Source: Eubacteriales bacterium | Lineage (GTDB): Bacteria > Bacillota > Clostridia > Oscillospirales > CAG-272 | Reading direction: 5' to 3' | Length of the DNA stretch: 64,000 nucleotides | Assembly (NCBI GenBank): GCA_045658565.1 | Contig: JAZOVF010000008.1 | Span: 49,051 to 113,050 of the forward strand | In this document: one piece after another, positions 1-9,361 of the stretch | How the letters are laid out: each line of letters begins with the position of its first letter | How positions within the stretch are numbered: position 1 is the stretch's first letter | Notes under the pieces: generated by a model | Seen by the model: only the letters and a program-made list of their open reading frames with translations | Databases searched by the model: none | What the model was told of the DNA's origin: nothing | Program-made: the position numbers and the translations under genes

Positions 1-528
1 TTCAATATTATTTAATTTGTAGTACGCTCCGTCGCGCTCTGCATCAGTTGCGAAATATATAACAGGGAACATATTCGATATAATTCCAACCTCAAGGGCG
101 TAGACATTGGGAGTTAATCCCTTCGGAAGATTTATTTCAATCTTTTCTGTGTTCTTTCCCGGGAGCCAGGCGCGAATATCAATTTCTGTTGTGAAAATAT
201 ATTCGTCTCTCTCGGATTTCAATCGGATATTAAAAGGGAGCTTTTTGTATATAGGTGCAATTCCCACATTGTCAACACAAAGCTCGATATTTAACGAGCT
301 TCCCACAGTCGTCTTTTCGGGACAGCTAATATAATCTATCACATAGTGATATCCCATTTTGTTAACCCAGCCGTCTATTTTATCCTTCCACTCATAGGGA
401 ATGGGCATAGATTTTGCGTTAAGGGAGCTTATGTGCCACTCAAGTGTTTTTTCAATTATATAATCAATATCCCAGCCCTGACGCTGCCATTCTCCGAGCC
501 ACCAGTATTGTAGCCAAAGTGCTTTGTG
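1..528 (-). pseudogene. C-terminal remnant of a DUF4832-type glycoside-hydrolase-like protein; 5'-truncated and running off the window edge
   Basis: Stop-free frame from 528 to 1 reads ...YWWLGEWQRQGWDIDYIIEKTLEWHISSLNAKSMPIPYEWKDKIDGWVNKMGYHY...NVGIAPIY...DIRAWLPG..., resembling the DUF4832 C-terminal region. An in-frame TAA lies at 529-531 with no start codon or RBS in front of the conserved part. Confidence 0.6.
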
Positions 529-571
529 TTATATAAAGAGTTCAAGGTAGGTTTTACTTTCTTGAGTAGTT

Positions 572-623
572 AAAAAAAGCAACGGTTGTACACTACCGCA
601 TGGTAAGAACAACCGCTGCTTTT
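572..623 (-). terminator. Intrinsic terminator after rpmF, probably bidirectional
   Basis: Stem aaaagcaacggttgt / acaaccgctgctttt with A and T tracts, just past the rpmF stop. Confidence 0.75.
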
Positions 624-636
624 GTTTGGGCAAAAA

Positions 637-831
637 TTACTTTGCTGCTTCTGTCTTGGAAACGATTTCCTCACCCTTGTAGTAACCGCAAGACTTGCAT
701 ACACGGTATGCAAGAATGTCCTCGCCGCACTGAGGGCACTTTACGATATTGGTGGGAGTCTCCAACTTCCAAACGCTGGAACGTCTCTTCATTTTTCTCG
801 AGTGAGAAACTTTTCTCTTTGGTACTGCCAT
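637..831 (-). CDS. rpmF: 50S ribosomal protein L32 (zinc-ribbon form)
   Basis: MAVPKRKVSHSRK...CPQCG...YRVCKSCGYY; GGAGG RBS. Confidence 0.97.
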   Translation of the reverse strand: MAVPKRKVSHSRKMKRRSSVWKLETPTNIVKCPQCGEDILAYRVCKSCGYYKGEEIVSKTEAAK

Positions 832-876
832 TGTTGTAACCTCCTATTTGAGCATGCAAACAGCATTCTCTGTATG

Positions 877-1428
877 TTATTTTTTATTATTTTCTTCGTT
901 TTTCATTTGCTCGAGCAGTTTGCGTAAAGGTTCAAGACGCGGGTCTATCTCCTTGTGGTCGCATCCGCACTGACCTTCGTTCAGGTTTTTGCCGCATTTC
1001 TGGCAAAGACCCTTGCAGTCCTCCTTGCACAAAAAGCGCATAGGAAACTCCATTTCAAGCTGCTCGTAGAGCTGCTCGTCAAGGTCGAGGAAGCCGTCCT
1101 CGATAATCGCAAATTCGTCAAGCTTGTCTTCGTCAAGGTCGCCAAGCATATCTCTTGGGGAGCAGGTTTTCTCAAGGTCGAGGGTAAATGTTCCGGAAAC
1201 AGGCGCGAGACAACGTGCACAAGAGGCAACATAGTCTACAGACGTGGTAAGGGTCATACGCATATATCCGGCAGTATTGGTGATTTCACCCTTAACCTTC
1301 ATGGGAGAAGGAAAACTTACACCGTAAAGGTAGCTGGACGTATCCTCAGAGTCGATATCGAGCGGTAATTCATAATCGAATGTAAGCAGTCTGTCACCCG
1401 CGAGGAGCGGTCTCAAATCAAGCTTCAC
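877..1428 (-). CDS. yceD: DUF177/YceD family metal-binding protein
   Basis: CARCL and LCKEDCKGLCQKCGKNLNEGQCGC...DPRL motifs; upstream of rpmF; GTG start at 1428 behind GGAGG. Confidence 0.92.
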   Translation of the reverse strand: MKLDLRPLLAGDRLLTFDYELPLDIDSEDTSSYLYGVSFPSPMKVKGEITNTAGYMRMTLTTSVDYVASCARCLAPVSGTFTLDLEKTCSPRDMLGDLDEDKLDEFAIIEDGFLDLDEQLYEQLEMEFPMRFLCKEDCKGLCQKCGKNLNEGQCGCDHKEIDPRLEPLRKLLEQMKNEENNKK

Positions 1429-1499
1429 CCGGTATCCCTCCATTTTGTTTTGTCGATTTTGGGCGCAGTTTAGGCTACAACCGCAAATTCGCACAATAT

Positions 1500-1528
1500 A
1501 TTATAAATCAGGACTTAAGAAAAGTCAA
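1500..1528 (-). promoter_or_regulatory. SigA-type promoter for yceD-rpmF
   Basis: TTGACT-17 bp-TATAAT on the minus strand. Confidence 0.75.
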
Positions 1529-1618
1529 GAGGTTTTTGAAAGTTTTTTTAAAAGTTTTCACACCCCAAAGCGCCCCGAAAATGTTTGTATTTAGAAAAAC
1601 TTTTCGTTGCTATCACGA

Positions 1619-1647
1619 TTGACAAAAAAGACAAGGAGGAGTATAAT
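1619..1647 (+). promoter_or_regulatory. SigA-type promoter for the MATE gene
   Basis: Exact TTGACA-17 bp-TATAAT. Confidence 0.8.
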
Positions 1648-1683
1648 TATTATACGCATTGTATTTAGGGAGGAGAAGGAAGG

Positions 1684-3072
1684 ATGATTTCCCTCGCAAA
1701 GAAGAAAGGCGTCGATGCCACGGAAGGCCCGATATTTTCTAAAATGGTAGCCTTTGTTATACCTCTTATGCTGACTAACCTTATGCAGTAGCTTTACAGT
1801 ATGGCTGACAGTATGGTTGTGGGAAAGTTTTCGGGTGATACAGAGGCTCTTGCCGCCATAGGCTCAACATCAACCTTTATTGCTCTAGTTACGGCTCTGT
1901 TTACAGGCTTTGCAGCAGGGGCGAGTGTTGTTGCTTCTCGTGCATTCGGAGCAAGAAATAGCGAGGAGCTATCCAAGGCCACACATACTGCGGTTTGCTT
2001 TGGCTTTGTTGTAGGTGTTTTTCTTTCTGTGCTTGCACTTCTTGCAAGTGAGCCGATGCTTGAACTTTTGGAAACAAAAGAAATTCTTATGCCAAAGGCG
2101 CTTACATATGTTCGTATAGTCTTTATCGGCACTCCCGCTATTGCAACCTACAATTTCGGCGCGGCAATATTGCGCTCTGTGGGTGACTCGAGAACTCCTT
2201 TTTATACTCTTACCGCAAGCGGAATTCTTAATGTTTTACTGAATTTTGTGTTTGTTGTGGGCTTCGGAATGAGTGTTGAGGGTGTTGCCATAGGCACAGT
2301 TGCTTCTCAGTACCTTTCTGCCATAGTTGTTATTGTTGTTTTATCTAAGAGAAAGGACGAGGCATATTCGCTGAATCCGAAAAAACTGAAAATTGATAAG
2401 AAAACCTTACAAATAATACTCAAAATGGGCGTTCCCGCAGCAATTCAGGGGGCTTTGTTTGGTATAACAAATCTCTTCCTTATCCGAGCGTTAAACGATT
2501 TTTCCGTTCCTGTTCTTTCTGCACGCACTATTGCCACCAGCATTGATGTACTCTTGTCTACGGCAATGAATACATATCTCCATGTGGCAATGACATTTAC
2601 AGGGCAAAACCTTGGCGCAGGCAAGCCTGACAGAATTAAAAAATCCTTGCTTATAGCTCTTTCTCAGGTGGTAACGATAGGAATTGTTGTGGGGCAGATA
2701 ATGATTCTGTTTTACAAGCCCCTTGCGGACCTTTATATCTCTCCCGGTGACCCTGACAGAGAGGCAGTACTTGCTGCAGCAAAAACGATAATGACCATAA
2801 TGCTTTCCTCCTATTTTATGGGAGCGATAAACGAGGTCCTCTCGGGATTTCTCAGAGGGCTTGGATATTCTCTTCAGCCGATGCTTATCTCTCTTGCAGG
2901 TGTATGCGCTTTCAGGCTGGTGTGGATACTGACTGTGTTCCCTACAATAAATGAACTGTGGGCGTTGTATCTCGTTTATCCTATTTCCTGGACAATTACC
3001 AGCCTCGGGCTTCTTGCGGTAATTCTTGCGGTTTGGAAAAAGGTTAAAGAAAGAATAATGAAATCGAAATAA
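1684..3072 (+). pseudogene. MATE family efflux transporter with one in-frame TAG at codon 36
   Basis: Strong RBS, then ATG 1684: MISLAKKKGVDATEGPIFSKMVAFVIPLMLTNLMQ*LYSMADSMVVGKF...; TAG at 1789-1791; the rest is an intact multi-TM MATE (LRSVGDSRTPF, GVAIGTVASQ, GQNLGAG). Confidence 0.8.
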
Positions 3073-3091
3073 ATATATTTGCTACATTTGC

Positions 3092-3128
3092 TCGGCGGTG
3101 CTTTACATAGCATCGCCGAATTATTTTG
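3092..3128 (+). terminator. Hairpin terminator after the MATE gene
   Basis: tcggcggtgct-ttacat-agcatcgccga followed by attatttt. Confidence 0.6.
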
Positions 3129-3137
3129 CGAAAATTG

Positions 3138-3166
3138 TTGACAACGAAACAATTATAATATATAAT
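3138..3166 (+). promoter_or_regulatory. SigA-type promoter for fhs-rdgB-TRIC gene
   Basis: Exact TTGACA-17 bp-TATAAT. Confidence 0.8.
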
Positions 3167-3211
3167 TGTAGTGTTATGACATTACCTTTTTATGGAGGAA
3201 AAATTATTGTG

Positions 3212-4882
3212 ATGACCGATATCGAAATTGCACAGTCTGCAAAACCCAAGCACATTCTTGAAATTGCAAAGGATGCTGGTGTTGACGAAAAGTACATTGA
3301 GCTTTACGGAAGACATAAGGCTAAGCTTGACCTCTCTCTTATCACAGATTCCGAGACGAAGCCTGACGGAAAGCTTATTCTTGTAACCGCAATAACTCCC
3401 ACCCCCGCAGGAGAGGGAAAAACCACCACGACCATAGGCCTTGCCGACGGTATGAAGAGAATTGGCAAAAAGGTTGCCGTTGCTCTTAGAGAGCCTTCTC
3501 TCGGTCCGGTATTCGGCGTTAAGGGCGGTGCCGCAGGCGGCGGATATGCCCAGGTTATTCCTATGGAGGATATCAACCTCCACTTCACAGGTGACTTCCA
3601 TGCAATAGGCGCGGCAAACAACCTGCTTGCGGCTATGTTGGATAACCATATTTATCAGGGAAACAGCCTTAATATCGACCCCAGACGCATCACATGGAAG
3701 AGATGTGTTGATATGAACGACCGTCAGCTCCGCTTTGTAACCGACGGCCTTGGCGGACGTGTTAACGGTGTTCCTCGTGAGGATGGATATGATATTACCG
3801 TTGCCTCCGAGATTATGGCAGTTCTTTGTCTTGCTTCCTCTATCGCTGACCTTAAGGCAAGACTTGCCCGCATAATAGTAGGCTATACCTATGATGAAAA
3901 GCCCGTAACCGCAGGCGATCTTAAGGCTGAGGGTGCGATGACCGCACTTCTTAAGGATGCACTTAAGCCCAACCTTGTTCAGACCCTTGAGGGAACTCCC
4001 GCATTTGTTCACGGCGGTCCCTTTGCTAATATCGCTCACGGCTGCAACTCTGTAATCGCTACAAAAACCGCTATGAAGATGGCAGATTATGCTATTACCG
4101 AGGCAGGCTTCGGCGCAGACCTTGGAGCCGAGAAGTTCCTTGATATAAAGTGCCGTTATGCAGGACTTACCCCCGCTGCGGTTGTTATAGTTGCAACCGT
4201 AAGAGCTCTTAAGATGCACGGTGGTCTTGCAAAAACCGAGCTTGGAACAGAGAATCTTGAGGCTCTCGAAAAGGGTATTCCCAACCTTCTTCGTCACGTT
4301 TCCAACATTAAAAATGTATATAAGCTTCCCTCTGTGGTTGCAGTTAACAGATTCCCCACAGATACCGATGCCGAAATTCAGTTCATTATAAATAAATGTA
4401 AGGAACTTGGCGTAAACGTTATTCTTTCTACCGTCTGGGCAGATGGCGGCAAGGGCGGCGAGGAGCTTGCCAAAGAGGTTGTCAAACTCTGCGAGGAAGA
4501 GCAGGGCGACTTTACCTTCTCCTATGACCTTGATACAACTATTGAAGAAAAGATTGAAGCAGTTACCAAGAAGATTTACGGCGGTGACGGTGTAACATTC
4601 CTTCCTGCTGCAAAGAAGCAGATTGCGGCTCTCACAGCTCTCGGATTTGACAAGCTGCCTATCTGTGTTGCAAAAACTCAGTATTCCTTCTCCGATGATC
4701 CTACAAAGCTTGGCGCTCCCGAGGGCTTCAAGATTACAATAAAGAATGTAAAGGTTTCCGCCGGTGCAGGATTTGTTGTTGTTCTTACAGGCGATATTAT
4801 GACAATGCCCGGACTTCCTAAGATTCCCGCGGCTGAAAAAATCGATGTTGATGAAAACGGAAAAATTACAGGACTCTTCTAA
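3212..4882 (+). CDS. fhs: Formate--tetrahydrofolate ligase
   Basis: [47 protein letters not shown]; start ATG 3212 (or GTG 3209) after GGAGG. Confidence 0.98.
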   Translation: MTDIEIAQSAKPKHILEIAKDAGVDEKYIELYGRHKAKLDLSLITDSETKPDGKLILVTAITPTPAGEGKTTTTIGLADGMKRIGKKVAVALREPSLGPVFGVKGGAAGGGYAQVIPMEDINLHFTGDFHAIGAANNLLAAMLDNHIYQGNSLNIDPRRITWKRCVDMNDRQLRFVTDGLGGRVNGVPREDGYDITVASEIMAVLCLASSIADLKARLARIIVGYTYDEKPVTAGDLKAEGAMTALLKDALKPNLVQTLEGTPAFVHGGPFANIAHGCNSVIATKTAMKMADYAITEAGFGADLGAEKFLDIKCRYAGLTPAAVVIVATVRALKMHGGLAKTELGTENLEALEKGIPNLLRHVSNIKNVYKLPSVVAVNRFPTDTDAEIQFIINKCKELGVNVILSTVWADGGKGGEELAKEVVKLCEEEQGDFTFSYDLDTTIEEKIEAVTKKIYGGDGVTFLPAAKKQIAALTALGFDKLPICVAKTQYSFSDDPTKLGAPEGFKITIKNVKVSAGAGFVVVLTGDIMTMPGLPKIPAAEKIDVDENGKITGLF

Positions 4883-4883
4883 T

Positions 4884-5465
4884 ATGAAGCTTATTATAGC
4901 ATCTAACAATGCTCATAAAATTAAAGAGATAAAGAAAATTCTCTCGGGCAAGTTTGACGAAATACTTTCGCTCAGGGAAGCAGGGGTTAGCCACGAGACT
5001 GTTGAGGATGGCAGCACCTTTATGGAGAACGCCCTCAAGAAGGCTCGTGAAATAACCGAAATTACAGGATGTGCCGCCCTGGCTGACGATAGCGGAATTT
5101 GCGTGGATTCGCTGGGCGGTGCTCCCGGAATTTACAGCGCAAGGTACGCAAGCTCTGTGTGCTGTAATGCTTCGGATGAAGCAAATAACGCACTTCTTTT
5201 GGCAAATCTTCGTGATAAAGAGGACTGGTCTGCTCACTATACCTCTGCTGTGGCTCTGGTTTATCCCGATGGCAGGGAAGTGTGCGCTGAAGGGTATATG
5301 TACGGCAAAATTATTGATACACCAAGGGGTGAGCGCGGCTTTGGCTATGACCCTATTTTCGTTATGGACGGTGAGGAACGCACGGTTGCCGAAATGACCG
5401 ATGAGGAAAAGAATGCCGTAAGCCACAGAGCAAGGGCTCTTGAAGCACTTTTGACAAAACTATGA
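4884..5465 (+). CDS. rdgB: Non-canonical purine NTP pyrophosphatase (RdgB/HAM1)
   Basis: ASNNAHKIKE, ADDSGI, APGIYSARYA, GFGYDPIF, KNAVSHRARAL. Confidence 0.96.
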   Translation: MKLIIASNNAHKIKEIKKILSGKFDEILSLREAGVSHETVEDGSTFMENALKKAREITEITGCAALADDSGICVDSLGGAPGIYSARYASSVCCNASDEANNALLLANLRDKEDWSAHYTSAVALVYPDGREVCAEGYMYGKIIDTPRGERGFGYDPIFVMDGEERTVAEMTDEEKNAVSHRARALEALLTKL

Positions 5466-5480
5466 TTTTTAGAGGCAATA

Positions 5481-6206
5481 ATGGAAACAGTTATTAGCAT
5501 TTTGGAGATAATTGGTATAATTTCTTTCTCTGCGGCAGGTGCTATGGTTGCTATTGACAAGGAAACAGACTTGTTCGGTGTTGTGTTTCTTTCATTGATA
5601 ACCTGCTTTGGCGGAGGAATTATGAGAGACATCCTTGTTGGCGGAGCTATCGACAGACCTGTGCCGTGGGTGCTTTCGGGCTTGCCTGATGCAAATCTTC
5701 ATCTGATAATCGCCTTTGTTACCTCTGTGGCGGTTTTTGCCGTTGCTGCCATATTTAAAAAGCAGTATGTTAATGAAGAACGCTTTGTGGTAGCTATAAA
5801 TAATATCCTCGATGCCATAGGTATCGGTGTTTTTGCGGCTATGGGAACTGCGGCTTGTATTGAGCTTGGCGCCTTTGTTGCCGTTACTATGGGTATGGTG
5901 TCCTCGGTGTTTGGCGGACTTACAAGAGATATAATTCTGCGTGATATTCCTTTTGTTCTCAGAAAATATGTTTATGCCGTGGCTACAATTGCGGGTTCGG
6001 CATTCTATTATCTTAATGTAACGGTGTTTATGTCGGGGCACGAGGCTGCGGAGGCGGTGGCTGCATTCGGTTGCACATTAATCGTTTTTGCTATCCGTGT
6101 TATTGCAACGGCACTTAAGCTCAATTTCCCGAAGGCTATCAAGTTTTCAGAAATAAAGGATGAAATTGGCGTAGAGGAAGAAATAGTAGCAAATTCAACA
6201 AAATAA
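5481..6206 (+). CDS. TRIC cation channel / YadS (UPF0126) membrane protein
   Basis: Duplicated GGGxxRD motif (FGGGIMRDIL, FGGLTRDII) and multiple TM segments. Confidence 0.88.
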   Translation: METVISILEIIGIISFSAAGAMVAIDKETDLFGVVFLSLITCFGGGIMRDILVGGAIDRPVPWVLSGLPDANLHLIIAFVTSVAVFAVAAIFKKQYVNEERFVVAINNILDAIGIGVFAAMGTAACIELGAFVAVTMGMVSSVFGGLTRDIILRDIPFVLRKYVYAVATIAGSAFYYLNVTVFMSGHEAAEAVAAFGCTLIVFAIRVIATALKLNFPKAIKFSEIKDEIGVEEEIVANSTK

Positions 6207-6231
6207 ATTTTGATTTTTTGTGAAAAAACTC

Positions 6232-6390
6232 TTTACAAACGCAAAAGTTTGTGATATAATACCCGTTGGCCTATTGCTGGGTATTGTGTATGGCCTTGCT
6301 CCGTTTGGAAGAATTCCTTGCGTAGCTCGAGCTTTTCACCCGCACAACGCTCGGTTTTGGGAATATAATTTTTAAGAAAGGTGAAGACAA
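6232..6390 (+). promoter_or_regulatory. rpsO promoter and structured 5' leader (probable S15 autoregulatory RNA)
   Basis: TTTACA-17-TATAAT at 6232-6260, then about 125 nt of GC-richer untranslated leader. S15-binding leaders are known in Firmicutes; the fold was not verified. Confidence 0.5.
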
Positions 6391-6657
6391 ATGATTTCTA
6401 AGGAAACAAAGACCGCCCTCATTGCTGAGTACAAGATCAATGAGCAGGACACAGGTTCGCCCGAGGTTCAGGTTGCTATTCTTACAACCAGAATCAATGA
6501 GCTCACCGAGCACATGAAGAAGAACCCCAAGGACTTCCATTCTCAGAGAGGTCTCTCCAAGATGGTTGGTCACAGAAAGCAGCTTCTCGCTTACCTTGCT
6601 AAGAAGGATATCGAAAGATACAGAGCGATCATCAAGAAGCTTGGTCTCAGAAAGTAA
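6391..6657 (+). CDS. rpsO: 30S ribosomal protein S15
   Basis: [13 protein letters not shown]...KDFHSQRGL...LGLRK. Confidence 0.98.
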   Translation: MISKETKTALIAEYKINEQDTGSPEVQVAILTTRINELTEHMKKNPKDFHSQRGLSKMVGHRKQLLAYLAKKDIERYRAIIKKLGLRK

Positions 6658-6691
6658 TATTTATACTTCCCGAGATAACTTATGTTGTAAT

Positions 6692-6724
6692 AGACGGGAA
6701 CGGATTTTTCGTTCCCGTTTGTTA
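6692..6724 (+). terminator. Terminator hairpin after rpsO
   Basis: agacgggaacg / cgttcccgttt stem with T-rich tail. Confidence 0.7.
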
Positions 6725-6749
6725 TGACTGCCCAAAAGTCGAAAAAATG

Positions 6750-6818
6750 GAGCGGAAGTAGCAGTTAATTATGTGCTTGAGAGACTCTCGAGCGTATACT
6801 TAAGTGCTATGTTCGCTC
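6750..6818 (+). promoter_or_regulatory. Long irregular hairpin in the pnp leader (candidate RNase III site)
   Basis: About 30-bp interrupted stem: gagcgga/ttcgctc, gtagca/tgctat, ttaa/ttaa, gcttgaga/tctcgagc. Confidence 0.55.
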
Positions 6819-6846
6819 TGAAATAAAAATAAAAGGAGTAAAAAAC

Positions 6847-8955
6847 ATGGTAGAAAATTTCAAAACATTTGACGATTACAAAGAGTTCAAGTATGAGCTG
6901 GCAGGCCGTCCCCTTGTTGTTAAGACAGGTAAGATAGCAGGCCTTGCAAACGGTGCGGCTCTTGTTCAGTACGGCGAAACAACCGTTCTCGCAACCGCAA
7001 CAGCATCCGCATCCCCCAGAGAGGGCATAGATTTCCTTCCTCTCTCTGTTGACTATGACGAAAAGCTTTATGCGGTTGGTAAGATCCCCGGCGGCTTCCT
7101 CAAGCGTGAGGGTAAGCCCTCCGAGAAGGCAGTTCTTGCAGGCCGTGTTATCGACAGACCTGTAAGACCCCTGTTCCCCAAGGATCTTCGTAACGACATT
7201 TCTCTTCTTCTTACAATTATGTCGGTAGACCCCGACTGTTCTCCCGAGATCACCGCTATGATCGGTGCATCTATTGCCCTTTCTATCTCTGACATTCCCT
7301 GGAACGGACCTATCGCAGGCGTGTTTATGGGTCTTGTTGACGGCGAGATAGTTGTTAACCCCACAGCAGCTCAGCGCGAAAAGTCTGACCTTGAGCTTAC
7401 TGTTGCCGCATCTATGGGCAAGGTGGTTATGATTGAGGCAGGAGCTAACGAGGTTTCGGATGAGGTTATGTTCGAGGCTATTATGAAGGCTCACGAGGAG
7501 TGTAAGGGTGTTGTTGGCTTTATCAACGACATCGTTGCCGAGATCGGTAAGCCTAAGTTTGCTTATGCTTCGGGCGAGCTTGACCACGATATGTTTGATG
7601 AGATTTTCGCATATTGCGAAAAGGCCGTTATGGAGGCTCTTGATACCGACGATAAGAATGTAAGAGATGCAAAAATGCAGCCCATTATGGATGATATCGT
7701 TGCAAAGTTTGAAGAGAAGTACGAGGATATTAAGGTAGTTCTCCCCGAGCTTATCTACAAAATACAGAAAAAGATCGTTCGCCGCTGGCTCCTTGTTGAC
7801 AAGAAGCGTGTTGACGGCAGACGCATGGACGAAATCCGTCCCCTTGCATCTGAGGTTGGCGTAATTCCGAGAGTACACGGCTCAGGTCTCTTTACCAGAG
7901 GTCAGACTCAGGTTCTCACTATCGCAACCCTTGGCACACTTTCCGATGCTCAGAAGCTTGAGGGTCTTGATGACGAGACAACCAAGAGATATATGCACCA
8001 TTACAATATGCCCGGTTACTCTACCGGTGAGGCAAAGGCTCTTCGTAGCCCCGGACGCCGTGAGATTGGTCACGGTGCTCTTGCTGAGCGCTCTCTTGTT
8101 CCGGTTCTTCCCTCTGAGGAAGAATTCCCCTATGCTATCCGTCTTGTTTCCGAGGTTGTTTCCTCTAACGGCTCTACCTCTCAGGGTTCTGTTTGCGGCT
8201 CTACTCTTGCGCTTATGGATGCAGGTGTACCGATCAAGGCTCCTGTTGCTGGTATTTCCTGCGGCCTTATCACCGCTGAGGACGGCTCTTGGGATACTAT
8301 GATAGACATTCAGGGTCTTGAGGACTTCTATGGCGATATGGACTTTAAGGTAGCAGGTACCAAAAAGGGTATCACCTCTATTCAGATGGACCTTAAGGTA
8401 GACGGTCTTACCCCTGAGATCATCAAGCAGGCTCTTGAAACTACTCACCAGGGCAGAAACGAGATTATCGACAAGATTATCCTTGCTGCTATTCCCGAGC
8501 CAAGAAGCGAGGTTTCAAAGTATGCTCCCAAGATGATTTCTATGACTATCGACCCCGACAAGATAAGAGAGGTTATCGGTAAAGGCGGCGCGGTTATTCA
8601 GAAGATTGTTGCTGACACCGGCGCAAAGATTGATATTAACGATGACGGCACCGTATTTATCGCTGCAGTTGAGCGCGATAGCGCAGACAGAGCTAAGGCT
8701 ATTATCGATGCTATCGTTTTCGAGCCTGTTGTAGGCGAGACCTATGAGGGAACTGTTACTCGTATTATTCCTATCGGTGCATTCGTTGAGTACGCTCCCG
8801 GCAAGGAGGGAATGGTTCACATTTCCAAGCTCCAGGACAAGAGAACCGAGAAGGTTGAGGACGTCGTTGCTGTTGGTGATACCGTAAGAGTCAAGTATCT
8901 CGGAACCGATGAAAAGGGAAGACAGAACCTCTCTATGCGTGATGCAGACAAGTAA
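6847..8955 (+). CDS. pnp: Polyribonucleotide nucleotidyltransferase (PNPase)
   Basis: GKIPGGFLKREG, RVHGSGLFTRGQTQ, RREIGHGALAER, GDMDFKVAGT; KH and S1 domains. Confidence 0.99.
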   Translation: MVENFKTFDDYKEFKYELAGRPLVVKTGKIAGLANGAALVQYGETTVLATATASASPREGIDFLPLSVDYDEKLYAVGKIPGGFLKREGKPSEKAVLAGRVIDRPVRPLFPKDLRNDISLLLTIMSVDPDCSPEITAMIGASIALSISDIPWNGPIAGVFMGLVDGEIVVNPTAAQREKSDLELTVAASMGKVVMIEAGANEVSDEVMFEAIMKAHEECKGVVGFINDIVAEIGKPKFAYASGELDHDMFDEIFAYCEKAVMEALDTDDKNVRDAKMQPIMDDIVAKFEEKYEDIKVVLPELIYKIQKKIVRRWLLVDKKRVDGRRMDEIRPLASEVGVIPRVHGSGLFTRGQTQVLTIATLGTLSDAQKLEGLDDETTKRYMHHYNMPGYSTGEAKALRSPGRREIGHGALAERSLVPVLPSEEEFPYAIRLVSEVVSSNGSTSQGSVCGSTLALMDAGVPIKAPVAGISCGLITAEDGSWDTMIDIQGLEDFYGDMDFKVAGTKKGITSIQMDLKVDGLTPEIIKQALETTHQGRNEIIDKIILAAIPEPRSEVSKYAPKMISMTIDPDKIREVIGKGGAVIQKIVADTGAKIDINDDGTVFIAAVERDSADRAKAIIDAIVFEPVVGETYEGTVTRIIPIGAFVEYAPGKEGMVHISKLQDKRTEKVEDVVAVGDTVRVKYLGTDEKGRQNLSMRDADK

Positions 8956-9002
8956 TTCTTGTTGTGCAAAATAACAAAAAACAACTGAAAATTGTTAGTA
9001 AA

Positions 9003-9053
9003 AAGTGCCAAAGCCTCATCGAGTATCTCGGGGCTTTGGTGCTTATATTTTTG
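9003..9053 (+). terminator. Terminator after pnp
   Basis: aagtgccaaagcct / gggctttggtgctt stem followed by atattttt. Confidence 0.7.
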
Positions 9054-9145
9054 TCTCTTAAAACGGTGGATTTTTTGCTAGGAAAGCCCTGTTTAATTAT
9101 TTATAAAAAAAATAATAAAAAAAGAGAATATTTTCGGAAAAACTA

Positions 9146-9174
9146 TTGACATTTCGACCTAAAAGTTGTATAAT
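9146..9174 (+). promoter_or_regulatory. SigA-type promoter about 185 nt upstream of the first Cys/His-rich lipoprotein
   Basis: Exact TTGACA-17 bp-TATAAT. Confidence 0.78.
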
Positions 9175-9361
9175 TGCAGAAGAGAAGGTACACAGAGGTG
9201 TATTTTGCCTGTTTTTGTCATGTGCAAAGGTGTGAAAACTGTTTTTTGAAATTTTCGCCACTTTTTGAAAAACGTTTTTGCAGTGTGCAGAATATACTAA
9301 TGTGTGATTTTTCCAAAAACAAAATTTTTAAAAGAAGAAAGACTAAAGGAGAAAAATTACA

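Noticed and set aside
1789-1791. Genome-wide TAG-to-Gln recoding
   Set aside because: Only one in-frame TAG among more than 50 genes, and TAG ends the XRE gene at 32075 at a natural length; kept only as a single-site finding
3073-3211. THF or ZTP riboswitch upstream of fhs
   Set aside because: The consensus promoter lies only about 45 bp before the start codon, leaving no room; the hairpin upstream is better explained as the MATE terminator
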